From positions 15,704 to 79,703 of the forward strand of contig CAZSKP010000006.1 of NCBI GenBank assembly GCA_964607485.1: a DNA stretch of 64,000 bases, read 5' to 3'. The stretch comes from an uncultured bacterium. Lineage in GTDB: Bacteria; Abyssobacteria; SURF-5. Below, piece by piece: positions 10,187 through 19,256 of the stretch. The notes under the pieces were generated by a model. That model had not been told where the DNA came from. It was given only the letters and a program-made list of their open reading frames with translations, and did no database searches. The position numbers and the translations under genes are program-made. The stretch's first letter is position 1, and each line of letters begins with the position of its first letter.

Positions 10187-10948
10187 CTACGCGGTGTTTC
10201 CTCCGTCAACAACGATGATCGACCCGGTGGTGAAGCTCGAGGCATCCGATGCAAGATACAGCGCGGCCCCGGCGATTTCGTCCGGCTGGGCATGTCGGGT
10301 CAAGGGGATATCCTTGATCGCGAGCTCATATATTTCCTTTGTTTCGATGAGCACGCTGGCAAAATGCGTCTGCGTCAGCCCGGGGCATATGGCGTTGTAT
10401 CTGACGCCGAACGGGCCCAGCTCCTTTGCATATGCTTTGGTCATCATGACCACGGCGGCCTTCGTCATGCCGTACACAGCCTGCATGGGCGAGGCACGCA
10501 GTCCGGCGACGGATGCGATGTTGATTATCGACCCGCTCTTTCGCTCGGCCATGAGCTTGCCCGCTTTTTGGGCCATGAAGAAGTAGCCCTTGGTGTTGAC
10601 CTCGAAGGTCTTGTCGTATGCGGATTCAGGGACCTCGAGCACACTGCCGAAGTACGGGTTCGTGGCCGCGTTGTTGACGAGTATATCCACCTTCCCGTAG
10701 GCGTCCATCACCCGCTCGAACAGGGCATCGACCATTTCCATCTTGCCCGTGTGGCAGGCGACGGCGATGGCTTCTCCTCCCGACTTCTTTATCGACGCCG
10801 CGACAGAGTCGAGCGATTTTTGCTTTCGGGACGATAGGACCACTTTCGCGCCGTTTTCGGCGAACGTTCTGGCGATGGCCTCACCGATTCCGCGACTGGC
10901 CCCGGTCACGACGGCCACCCTGTCTTTGAGACTGAAACTTGCCCCCAT
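10187..10948 (-). CDS. Short-chain dehydrogenase/reductase (SDR)
   Basis: TGASRGIG cofactor motif; NNAA; catalytic YGMTKAA (YxxxK); AGGAGG RBS. Confidence 0.85.
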   Translation of the reverse strand: MGASFSLKDRVAVVTGASRGIGEAIARTFAENGAKVVLSSRKQKSLDSVAASIKKSGGEAIAVACHTGKMEMVDALFERVMDAYGKVDILVNNAATNPYFGSVLEVPESAYDKTFEVNTKGYFFMAQKAGKLMAERKSGSIINIASVAGLRASPMQAVYGMTKAAVVMMTKAYAKELGPFGVRYNAICPGLTQTHFASVLIETKEIYELAIKDIPLTRHAQPDEIAGAALYLASDASSFTTGSIIVVDGGNTA

Positions 10949-11026
10949 TCCTTAACTTCCTCCTCATCAGCGAAACATATTAACCTCGAAGGGACCGAAA
11001 GAATCAGAACTTCACACGTGAGCGGC

Positions 11027-11491
11027 CTACTTTGTGAAGAACATCGTGAGCGCTTCCGCGACGCAGGCCGGCTTGTCTTTGCCCTCTATCTCGATGGTAT
11101 GCGTCGTGGTCACGAGGACTCTGCCGCCCGCCTTCTCCTCCACGTTGGAGAGGACGATCCTGTCCCTGATTTTCGAGTTCACCTCGACCGGCGTGACGAA
11201 CCTGAGCTTGTTCAGCCCGTAGTTAATCGCCATCATTGTCCCCTCCGGCACGAGCGAAATGTCGGACGCAAAGAAAGGAATAAGGGAAACGGTGAGATAG
11301 CCGTGCGCGATGGTCTTGCCGAAGGGACCGCCGGCTGCTGCCTCTTCATCCACGTGTATCCACTGATGATCCTCCGTGCAATCGGCGAAATCGTTGATCC
11401 GCTTCTGGTCGACCTGAATCCAGTCGCTGACGCCGATTTCCTTTCCGACGCGCTCCTTGATTTTTTCCACTGCCAACACTTCCATAGCCAT
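11027..11491 (-). CDS. MaoC-like (R)-specific enoyl-CoA hydratase, hot-dog fold
   Basis: 154 aa; MaoC signature around DxxxHxxxE...G (DEEAAAGGPFGKTIAHGYLT); AAGGAGG RBS. Confidence 0.8.
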   Translation of the reverse strand: MAMEVLAVEKIKERVGKEIGVSDWIQVDQKRINDFADCTEDHQWIHVDEEAAAGGPFGKTIAHGYLTVSLIPFFASDISLVPEGTMMAINYGLNKLRFVTPVEVNSKIRDRIVLSNVEEKAGGRVLVTTTHTIEIEGKDKPACVAEALTMFFTK

Positions 11492-11530
11492 TGTTTTCCT
11501 CCTTTTACTGAGATGTCTCTTGGCAAGAAT

Positions 11531-12328
11531 TCAAACCTTCATGCCCGGCAAATTGAGTGAGGCGGTGTTGCCGCCATCGACAGGAAGGGCTTGTCCGGTG
11601 ACATAGCTGGCCTCGTCGCTTGCCAGAAAGAGGATGGCCGCCGCAACTTCCTCCGGCTTCCCATATCGCCTGAGCTCGCAGCGATAGCCGAGCTTGTGCT
11701 CCTTTCCCGTATTTCGCGCGTAATCAAAGATCGGCTTCGTCATCGCCGTTTCGATCAGCCCCGGACAGACGGCGTTGACCCGCACGCCGTATCCACCGAG
11801 GTCGCAGGCGGTCGTCTGCGTGAAGTTGATGAGAGCCGCCTTGCTGGCGCTGTAGGCGTTTCCGCCCGCTCCGGCCCGGATGCCCGCGACGGAGGCCGTG
11901 TTCACGATTGAGCCCTGCCTCCTCTCCCGCATGTGCTTCGCCACGTGCTTCGTGGCAAACATTGCCCCCATAAGATTGACGTCAAATGTCTTTCGCCAAT
12001 CCTCGGCGTCCTCGTCCTCGATGCTGGGATATCCGCTGATTATTCCGGCGTTGTTGCACAGAATGTCCACCTGCGAGTACCGCTCGAGGGCAAACGAGAT
12101 AAGGCCCTTTACTTCTTCTTCTATCGCCACGTTCGTCTTTCGCACCGACGCCACGCCGCCCTGTTTGGCTATGAGGTTGGCGACTTCGGTCAGCCCTTCT
12201 TCATTCATATCGGCCAGGACGAGCTCTGCACCCTCCCGGGCGAACAAGAGGGCCGTCGCCCTGCCGATGCCGCTGGCCGCTCCGGTTATAACCGCAACTT
12301 TACCCGCCAAACGTCCTTGAGCTGCCAT
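11531..12328 (-). CDS. Short-chain dehydrogenase/reductase (SDR)
   Basis: Start refined to MAAQGRLAGK (AAGGAGAGG RBS); TGAASGIG; NNAG; YSASKAA catalytic motif. Confidence 0.85.
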   Translation of the reverse strand: MAAQGRLAGKVAVITGAASGIGRATALLFAREGAELVLADMNEEGLTEVANLIAKQGGVASVRKTNVAIEEEVKGLISFALERYSQVDILCNNAGIISGYPSIEDEDAEDWRKTFDVNLMGAMFATKHVAKHMRERRQGSIVNTASVAGIRAGAGGNAYSASKAALINFTQTTACDLGGYGVRVNAVCPGLIETAMTKPIFDYARNTGKEHKLGYRCELRRYGKPEEVAAAILFLASDEASYVTGQALPVDGGNTASLNLPGMKV

Positions 12329-12646
12329 GATCCTCTCCTTTTGAGTGGGGCGTTCAGCCCGTCCGGTATCGGTCATCCTGGCCCTTTTCCGTTTCCGACG
12401 GTGTATCTACACCAAGAGATGGTTGACCCTCGAATTGTTCCGTTTGACTTAAGGTTGCCGATTTGCCGGGAGAGAGTCGTTGAAGTTGCCTTTGCGGGGG
12501 TGAGTATATATTATTGGCCTTGGAATTTCAATGCTATTCAGCTAGAGGAGTTTCCCCAAGAATCTGTTCATGAAAGTTGTAATGTCTTTGACCGCCGGTC
12601 CGTACGAAATTCTGAATATGGCGGTCTTTTGCTAACTCTGATCGCA

Positions 12647-12729
12647 ATTGCAGGCTGTCATTCTGAGCGAAGCGAAGAATCTGCTATCGCGTTGGTGCAA
12701 AATGAGATGCTTCGCTACGCTCAGCATGA
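12647..12729. repeat. Palindromic intergenic repeat (arms GTCATTCTGAGCGAAGCGAAGAATCT / AGATGCTTCGCTACGCTCAGCATGAC around a ~30-nt loop)
   Basis: Inverted-repeat arms read directly; same core as five other loci in the window. Confidence 0.7.
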
Positions 12730-12913
12730 CATCGCTTCGGAAAGAAAAGATACGCGGAGGAAATGGGGGAACTCCACTATTCAGCTACGAAAGGTCAAAA
12801 AGTGAGAGACGATCTGGTCATGCGAAGTCTCGCCCGGCGGCTTCGCATAACCTCTACGCATCAACTGACCGTCTTCTCTCCTCTTGCGCCTCAGGGTCGG
12901 CCCTGCTTGAAAG

Positions 12914-13255
12914 TTACCCGATTGCCTCGCTGCCCCACTCGCCGGTTCGTATTCGGATACACGAGCCCAGGTCGAGCACAAAGATCTTTCCGTCTCCTAT
13001 CTTTCCGCTCCGCGCGCCCTTGATTATGGCGTCCACGGTGGGTTTCACGAACTCTTCGTTGACTGCTATTTCTATTCTCACCTTCTTCAGAAGGTTCACC
13101 TCCACGTCCACTCCCCGATAGGTTTCGTGATAGCCTTTCTGCTGGCCGCAACCGAGGGCGTTTGTCACCGACATCTTGAACACCTCGGCGTCGGAGAGGG
13201 CTTTCTTCACATCGGGCAGTTTGAACGGCTGGATGTATGCTATGACGAGTTTCAT
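12914..13255 (-). CDS. glnK: Nitrogen regulatory protein P-II
   Basis: 113 aa; near-canonical P-II sequence (T-loop region [13 protein letters not shown]-terminal GDGKIFV...IRIRTGE); sits immediately downstream of amt. Confidence 0.9.
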   Translation of the reverse strand: MKLVIAYIQPFKLPDVKKALSDAEVFKMSVTNALGCGQQKGYHETYRGVDVEVNLLKKVRIEIAVNEEFVKPTVDAIIKGARSGKIGDGKIFVLDLGSCIRIRTGEWGSEAIG

Positions 13256-13293
13256 GACGCTCTCCTTTCAGAGTCCCGACGAACGGAAGCCGA

Positions 13294-14649
13294 TTATTCG
13301 GTCGTGAATATCTGGAACCCGCTGTATGCCTCCATGCCGTGTTCGTCGATGTCGAGTCCTCTCAGTTCCTCTTCCCTGCCCACACGCAGGCCGATGGTAC
13401 GTTTGATGATGACGAACAGTGCCAGCGCGCCCAGGAATGTCCAGAGGAACACCGCGACTACCCCGATAAGCTGGCTCCACAATTGCCCCACACCGCCTCC
13501 GAAGAAGAGACCGTTGACGGCGCCCACTCCGCTGGCTTCTCCGTATTTTGCCTGGGCGAAAAGGCCGACCGACAGTGTGCCGAACGAACCGCAGACGCCG
13601 TGGACGGATACTGCTCCGACGGGGTCGTCGATTTTGAGCACTCTATCGATGAATTCAACGGAAAACACGACCAGTACGCCGGCCAGCGCGCCGATGATGA
13701 CGGCGCTCGCGGGCGACACGCTTGCGCAGGGCGCCGTTATTGCCACGAGGCCCGCCAGCGCGCCGTTCAGGGTCATGCTCGTATCCGGCTTTCCGTGACG
13801 AAGCCATATCGCAATCATTGCAGCCACGGCGCCCGCGGCCGCCGAGAGGTTGGTGGTGACCGCGATGGTCGCTATGCTGAGATTGGTGCCCGCGGTGGTG
13901 CTGCCGGGGTTGAACCCGAACCAGCCGAACCAGAGGATGAAGACACCCAGCGCGGCCAGGGGGATGTTGTGTCCGGGAATGGCTTTCACCGTGCCGTTGG
14001 GCCCATATTTGCCCAGACGCGGCCCCAGCACGATGGCTCCGGCGAGCGCGGCCCAGCCTCCGACGGAATGGACGACCGTCGAGCCGGCGAAGTCGATCAT
14101 GCCCCTGCCGCCAAGCCAGCCTCCGCCCCATATCCAGTGTCCGACAACGGGATAGATGAGGGCGGAAATGATCGCGCTGTACAGGAGATAACCGATGAAT
14201 TTGGTGCGCTCCGCCATCGCTCCGGAGACGATGGTGGCCGCGGTCGCTGCGAAGACTACCTGAAACATCCAGAAGGCAAACTGCCACAGCCCGTCTCCGC
14301 TGGAAGGGTCGCCTACGCTCAGGAAGAACCCGTTCGACCCGAACAGGCCGAGTCTGTCGGCGCCAAACATTATTCCAAAACCGACCGCCCAGTAGGCAAT
14401 GGAGCCGACGGAGAAATCCATCAAGTTTTTCATCATGATGTTCGAGGCGTTCTTCGCCCTCGTGAAACCGGTTTCGACCATGGCGAAGCCAGCCTGCATG
14501 AAGAACACCAGAAACGCGGCCACAAGAGTCCACACGGTGTTCACGGCCACCCGGTTTGTCATGGCGGTGGCGTCACCGGCAAACGCCGGGCCGGATGCGC
14601 ACATCACCAGCAAGAGCGCAACGAGAACCATGGTAGTTGTTCTGTACAT
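13294..14649 (-). CDS. amt: Ammonium transporter (Amt/MEP family)
   Basis: Start refined to MYRTTT (AGGAGG RBS); signal peptide; 11 TM-like segments; Amt motifs (DFAGSTVVHSVGG, twin His region). Confidence 0.9.
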   Translation of the reverse strand: MYRTTTMVLVALLLVMCASGPAFAGDATAMTNRVAVNTVWTLVAAFLVFFMQAGFAMVETGFTRAKNASNIMMKNLMDFSVGSIAYWAVGFGIMFGADRLGLFGSNGFFLSVGDPSSGDGLWQFAFWMFQVVFAATAATIVSGAMAERTKFIGYLLYSAIISALIYPVVGHWIWGGGWLGGRGMIDFAGSTVVHSVGGWAALAGAIVLGPRLGKYGPNGTVKAIPGHNIPLAALGVFILWFGWFGFNPGSTTAGTNLSIATIAVTTNLSAAAGAVAAMIAIWLRHGKPDTSMTLNGALAGLVAITAPCASVSPASAVIIGALAGVLVVFSVEFIDRVLKIDDPVGAVSVHGVCGSFGTLSVGLFAQAKYGEASGVGAVNGLFFGGGVGQLWSQLIGVVAVFLWTFLGALALFVIIKRTIGLRVGREEELRGLDIDEHGMEAYSGFQIFTTE

Positions 14650-14683
14650 TTTCGCTCCTCCTTTCCCGAATTTCTTCCAGAGT

Positions 14684-15439
14684 TCATAACTCAACGCTTA
14701 TCGAAAAGCCGCCGTAGAATTCGTCGTCGTACTGATTGTCCAGCGCCACCGAGTAGAAGATGCCGGGTTCGAAGCTCAGTTTTTCGCCGAGCGGGATAGT
14801 CAGGCTGGCTCCCAAAAGCGCATTGCTGAAGGAGGAGTCGAAGCCCCACTGTCCATCGTTGTACCCGACGGCCGCGCTCAAGTTCAGCGACAGCGGCTCT
14901 ATCGGCAGAGTGTGCGCGACCGAGAGTTCGTAGTAAGTTCCGTCGCCCTGGTCGTAGTCGTAATACACGGCGAATGACGGGGAGAGCAGCGTGTCTGCTG
15001 CGATGGCCGCATAAACTTCCTGCGAATCGTTGTTCGGCGGCAGATTGGGGAAATCATAGTAGATGTAGCCGAGCGACACGCTGAGCTTTTCCAATTTTGG
15101 GCTGATAAACTCCAGCGACGTCGTGTAGTCGAGGGTATAATCCAGTTCGGTCCATTCCTTGTCATCCGTCAGTGTGTAGTTGCCCCAGACCGAGGCGGTG
15201 AAATTTTCTATGCCGACGTAGGCGCTGGGCTGAAGCACGGGCTCATCCACCAGGTTTTGTCCGCGCCAGATGTACTTCGTGTAGAAATCGACGCCCGCCC
15301 CAACGGAGATGTCCCACGTTCGTACAGTCTCCACGGGCGAAGATGCGGCGTTCTCTCCGGCGAATGCGGGTTGGTCTCCCGGCAACAAACCAAACACCAT
15401 CAACGCAAGACCGACCAGAATTTCTCTTCTTAACAACAT
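14684..15439 (-). CDS. Putative outer-membrane beta-barrel protein (porin-like), co-transcribed upstream of amt-glnK
   Basis: Signal peptide ending AFAGEN; alternating aromatic/hydrophilic beta-strand pattern rich in Y/G/D; only a 34-nt gap to the amt start. Confidence 0.45.
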   Translation of the reverse strand: MLLRREILVGLALMVFGLLPGDQPAFAGENAASSPVETVRTWDISVGAGVDFYTKYIWRGQNLVDEPVLQPSAYVGIENFTASVWGNYTLTDDKEWTELDYTLDYTTSLEFISPKLEKLSVSLGYIYYDFPNLPPNNDSQEVYAAIAADTLLSPSFAVYYDYDQGDGTYYELSVAHTLPIEPLSLNLSAAVGYNDGQWGFDSSFSNALLGASLTIPLGEKLSFEPGIFYSVALDNQYDDEFYGGFSISVEL

Positions 15440-15987
15440 TTGCTTCCTCCTCCCGAATCAAACCAATGATTCTCGGTCGCAGGGCAAACAGAAAGGCAGG
15501 CCGCCTCCAAAGGGCCACGGAGACAACCTGCCTTAAGCTGTCCGCCCTCTGTGATGCAGGCGCCGCCAGGCATCGCGGTTTTCGGCTTCGTTAGCCAGAC
15601 GAAACCTAGCCTGCAAAGATGCGGCTTACAAGGTCTCGACTCCTTCCTTCTCTCATCGTCGCGGCTGTGCGCAATACCTGCTCGCTTGAGTTTTACCCCT
15701 TTAACTGCTCATTCAACCGGCAGCCTGCCTCGAAAATGGGCACGCTCTTCATCATCGCCGGCAGGCCCGGTCGAAACATTCTTTCGCAACAACTGCATTC
15801 GTTCCCGCGCCGAATTGGGCCAATTCATTAGGGTTGCGGGGTGTCGCCTTTCTCCGAAGGGTAGATTCTTAGTTCTCTCCCTCGGAAATCGACGACAGTT
15901 CGGAGCAACAAGGATGCCAACCGCTTTACTTTTGCGAGTTCAGTGATTATCCTAGAAACGGGTGAGAGAACATCGGAGGTGCCGAAT

Positions 15988-16497
15988 ATGTACTCGAAGA
16001 CAGTGATGGACCACTTCAAGAATCCGCGGAACGTGGGAGAAATGAAGGACGCCGACGGGATAGGGGAAGTGGGCAATCCGATCTGCGGCGATATGATGAA
16101 GGTCTTCATCAAGGTTGACAGCGACAACATCAAGGACATCAGTTTCCTGACGTTCGGCTGCGGCGCGGCCATAGCCGTCTCGAGCATGCTGACGGAAATG
16201 GCCAAAGGGAAGAGTCTCGAAGAGGCCAAGAAAATCACCAACAAGTCCGTGGCCGAGGCCCTTGAGGGTCTCCCGAAGAACAAACTCCACTGCTCGAACC
16301 TTGGGGCGGATGCCCTTCAATTGGCCATAAAAGATTACGAAGATAAGAAAGCGGGAAAGCTCAGGCAGCCTTCCGCGGAGGACAAGCACGAACATCCGCG
16401 CGGAGAGAGGTGCCAGTGTCCGTACTGCGATGCCGACCTGAAATCGGGAACGGAATTTTGCGCGAACTGCGGCCAGGAAATAGAACACACTCACTAG
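15988..16497 (+). CDS. nifU: NifU/IscU-like Fe-S cluster scaffold with a C-terminal zinc-ribbon tail
   Basis: Start refined to MYSKTVMDHF (GGAGG RBS); scaffold cysteines (NPICGDMM, GCGAAIA, HCSNL); C-terminal CQCPYC...CANCG. Confidence 0.8.
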   Translation: MYSKTVMDHFKNPRNVGEMKDADGIGEVGNPICGDMMKVFIKVDSDNIKDISFLTFGCGAAIAVSSMLTEMAKGKSLEEAKKITNKSVAEALEGLPKNKLHCSNLGADALQLAIKDYEDKKAGKLRQPSAEDKHEHPRGERCQCPYCDADLKSGTEFCANCGQEIEHTH

Positions 16498-16516
16498 ACG
16501 CCCAGGAGCATTTGAG

Positions 16517-17692
16517 ATGACAATCATAAATCTTGATTACATTTCCGCCAATCCTTTGCTGCCCGAGGTTCAGGAGGCAATGATCGAGGCGGTCAGGATG
16601 AATTACGGCAATCCCTCGAGCCCGCACCGATTGGGTGACCAGGCGGCGGAGGCGCTTGAGCGCGCGCGGGAGGCAGTGGCCGGACTGATCAACGCCGCTT
16701 CTCCCAAAGAGGTCATTTTCACCTCGGGCGGAACGGAATCCATCAACCATGCCATCAAGGGAGTGGCCGCGGCCAAGCGAGACAAGGGGAAGCATATCGT
16801 AACCTCCAATATCGAGCATAACGCGGTCTTGAAAACCATAAGACGACTGAAGATGTTCGACTACAAGGTCACCTCGGTATCCGTGGACGAATACGGTCGA
16901 GTGAATCCGGCCGACGTCGCCAATGCCATATCGGATGCAACCATCCTGGTGAGCGTCATGCACAGTAATAATGAGATCGGAACCATCGAGCCAATCAAAG
17001 AAATCGCCAAGATCGCGCGGGAGAAGAAAGTGGTCTTTCACACCGACGCCGTGGCATCGGTGGGAGTTGTGCCGATTGATGTGAAGGAACTGGGCGTGGA
17101 CCTGATGAGCTTTGCCGCCAACCAGTTCGGCGGGCCGTCGGGCGTCGGTGGCCTGTATGTTCGTAAGGGCACAAGTCTTTGGCCGCTGCTGGACGGAGGA
17201 GCTCAGGAGAACAACAGGCGGGCTGGCACGGAAAACCTGATCGGGATCATCGGCATGGGCGCGGCCGCCGAACGTGCTTCGCGTGAGATGGAATCACGCA
17301 TGAAACATTCGCTCGGTCTCAGGGAAAAGCTGATCAGCGGATTGAAAGGGAGAATCGAAGACGTCTACATCAACGGACACCCGGAACATTCCTTGCCCAA
17401 CCTGGTCTCTGTATCCATCAGTTACATCGAGGGAGAAAGCATTGTGCTGATGCTCGATGAAGAGGGCATCGCAGTTTCAACCAGGTCGGCATGCGCCTCG
17501 GGCTCGCTCCGGGCTTCGCACGTGCTGTCGTCAATCGGGCGAGACTGGGCCAGCGCGCAGGGCACCCTCGTGATAACATTCGGACGAGATACCACGGAAG
17601 CGGAGATTGACCGGTTCCTGGATGTACTGGCGGAAGTGGTCAGGACATTGCGAAACATGTCGCCCCTCTATGCCAAGGCAAAGAAGTCATAG
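16517..17692 (+). CDS. nifS: Cysteine desulfurase (NifS/IscS, class V aminotransferase)
   Basis: FTSGGTESIN; PLP lysine region SFAANQFGGPSGVGGLYV; catalytic-loop Cys SACASGS. Confidence 0.9.
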   Translation: MTIINLDYISANPLLPEVQEAMIEAVRMNYGNPSSPHRLGDQAAEALERAREAVAGLINAASPKEVIFTSGGTESINHAIKGVAAAKRDKGKHIVTSNIEHNAVLKTIRRLKMFDYKVTSVSVDEYGRVNPADVANAISDATILVSVMHSNNEIGTIEPIKEIAKIAREKKVVFHTDAVASVGVVPIDVKELGVDLMSFAANQFGGPSGVGGLYVRKGTSLWPLLDGGAQENNRRAGTENLIGIIGMGAAAERASREMESRMKHSLGLREKLISGLKGRIEDVYINGHPEHSLPNLVSVSISYIEGESIVLMLDEEGIAVSTRSACASGSLRASHVLSSIGRDWASAQGTLVITFGRDTTEAEIDRFLDVLAEVVRTLRNMSPLYAKAKKS

Positions 17693-18314
17693 AGGCTCTT
17701 GCCGCGAAAACGTTTGCCGAGAACACCTACCGCTCAAACGAAGACTCATCAAGGTTTTTAACGTCGGATATTGATTGTCACGAAAGCTATTCGCTTTTAA
17801 TATGATGAAACTCGGTACAAGCGGCGAATTCGCAGAAATATGTTGCAATTTTGAGATATTTATGCTAGATTATGTTAGAGATTTGTGACATCAAAGATGT
17901 CTGAATCGTATTTTTTGGCGCTGCGCCGAAGGGAACAGGAAGGGAGTGAAAGCCCTTCTGACACGCCGCGCGCGGTTGTTTGCAGTGGGATTAAGAGCGT
18001 TTTGCAGTACGCAAACTATAAGCGAAGCTCAGTTTCATGCGGTTGCAAAAGGCTTCGATCTCCAAAAGATTCTGTCGATAACGCCCGATTTTTCACCCCT
18101 CGGGATGACAGACTGCCTGCGGTTTCTAACGAGAGACCATGTTGGCAAATGAGTTCCCTCGCTGAGGCATCACCCAGAAGGCATGAGGAGTCCTTCTTAA
18201 GGTCTCCAAGTGTTCCGTGTGCGGAAGCTCCGGCGCTGAATCGGGGTGTGGCCGTGTCATAGCCTCGATGCCCGCCGGTGCCGGGAGAGACGCTGATCGA
18301 AGAGGAGAGAGATT

Positions 18315-19256
18315 ATGACATCGAGCGCATTGCTTCACCTGATCACCTACGCGGCGTTCATCACGTTTGTCGTCGCGGTGGCGGTACGGGCATATAAGAT
18401 ACAGACAATGCCCGTTCACCTGAGATGGGAACTGTATCCCGTCGCCCACGAGGGCAAGCGTGCCAGTTACGGCGGCTCCTACTACGAGGAACTCGACTGG
18501 TGGACCAAGCCGCGCAAGTTCTCCCTGATCGGTGAACTTAAAGGGATGATACCGGAGATGCTTTTCATAAAGGCTCTCTGGGAGAACAACCGTCCGCTGT
18601 GGTATCGCTCGTTCCCGTTCCATTTCGGACTGTACTGTCTCATAGGATGGGCCGGCCTTCTGGTTGTCGGCGCAGTTGCGCAGATAGCGGGGGTGCCGGT
18701 GGTAGCCGGCTCCGAATCGGTCGTGGGTGCGGTCATCCATTACCTGACGATTCTCGCCGGAGCTATCGGGCTCATTCTGGCCAATTTCGGCGCACTCGCG
18801 CTGCTTCACCGGCGGTTGACCGATGAGGAACTCCAGGGCTATACTGCGCCCGCCCATATCTTCAACCTCGCGGCTTTCGCCGTGGCCCTGCTCATAGCCT
18901 TCTTCACGTATATTCTCGTCGACCAAACCTTTTCGATTGCGAGAGGCTATGTGCAGAGCCTGCTGACATTCAACATCAACGCTCCCGTGGGCAGCTCGGC
19001 CGTCGCGGTCGAGTTTCTCCTGTTCTCGCTCTTGCTGGCGTATGTGCCGCTGACCCACATGTCGCATTTCTTCACCAAGTATTTCTTCTACCATCAAATC
19101 AGGTGGAATGATGAACCGAATCTTGTTGGTTCCAAGTTGGAAAAACGCATTACGGAGGCGCTGGGTTACCCGGTGAGTTGGTCTGCGCCACATTTGAAGG
19201 CAGACGGAAAGAAGAACTGGGCCGACATCGCCACCGAGGAGGTCGATAAGAAATGA
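18315..19256 (+). CDS. NarI/DsrM/HdrE-like haem-b membrane subunit
   Basis: 313 aa with 5-6 predicted TM helices and conserved His in TM regions; 4-nt overlap with the downstream CCG-domain Fe-S protein, the classical DsrMK/HdrED arrangement. Confidence 0.5.
   Translation: MTSSALLHLITYAAFITFVVAVAVRAYKIQTMPVHLRWELYPVAHEGKRASYGGSYYEELDWWTKPRKFSLIGELKGMIPEMLFIKALWENNRPLWYRSFPFHFGLYCLIGWAGLLVVGAVAQIAGVPVVAGSESVVGAVIHYLTILAGAIGLILANFGALALLHRRLTDEELQGYTAPAHIFNLAAFAVALLIAFFTYILVDQTFSIARGYVQSLLTFNINAPVGSSAVAVEFLLFSLLLAYVPLTHMSHFFTKYFFYHQIRWNDEPNLVGSKLEKRITEALGYPVSWSAPHLKADGKKNWADIATEEVDKK

Noticed and set aside
12648-13121. 157-aa ORF beginning MQAVILSEAKNL
   Set aside because: Its N-terminus is just the translation of the palindromic repeat, and the remainder overlaps glnK on the opposite strand. 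Similar repeat-derived peptides (HSERSEESQ, RFFATLRMT) occur in ORFs at 45021-45365.
13339-14799. 486-aa plus-strand ORF
   Set aside because: Antisense of the ammonium transporter gene; an Arg/Gly-rich artefact.
15440-15700. Search for a sigma-54 promoter upstream of the OMP-amt-glnK unit
   Set aside because: The only TGGC-containing candidates have wrong GG-GC spacing, so none is reported.
17885-18262. 125-aa ORF in the dsrMK-like leader
   Set aside because: No RBS and Ser/Arg/Pro-rich non-protein-like composition. It is more likely untranslated leader or structured RNA; I could not match it convincingly to glycine, cobalamin, Moco or c-di-GMP riboswitch consensus by eye.
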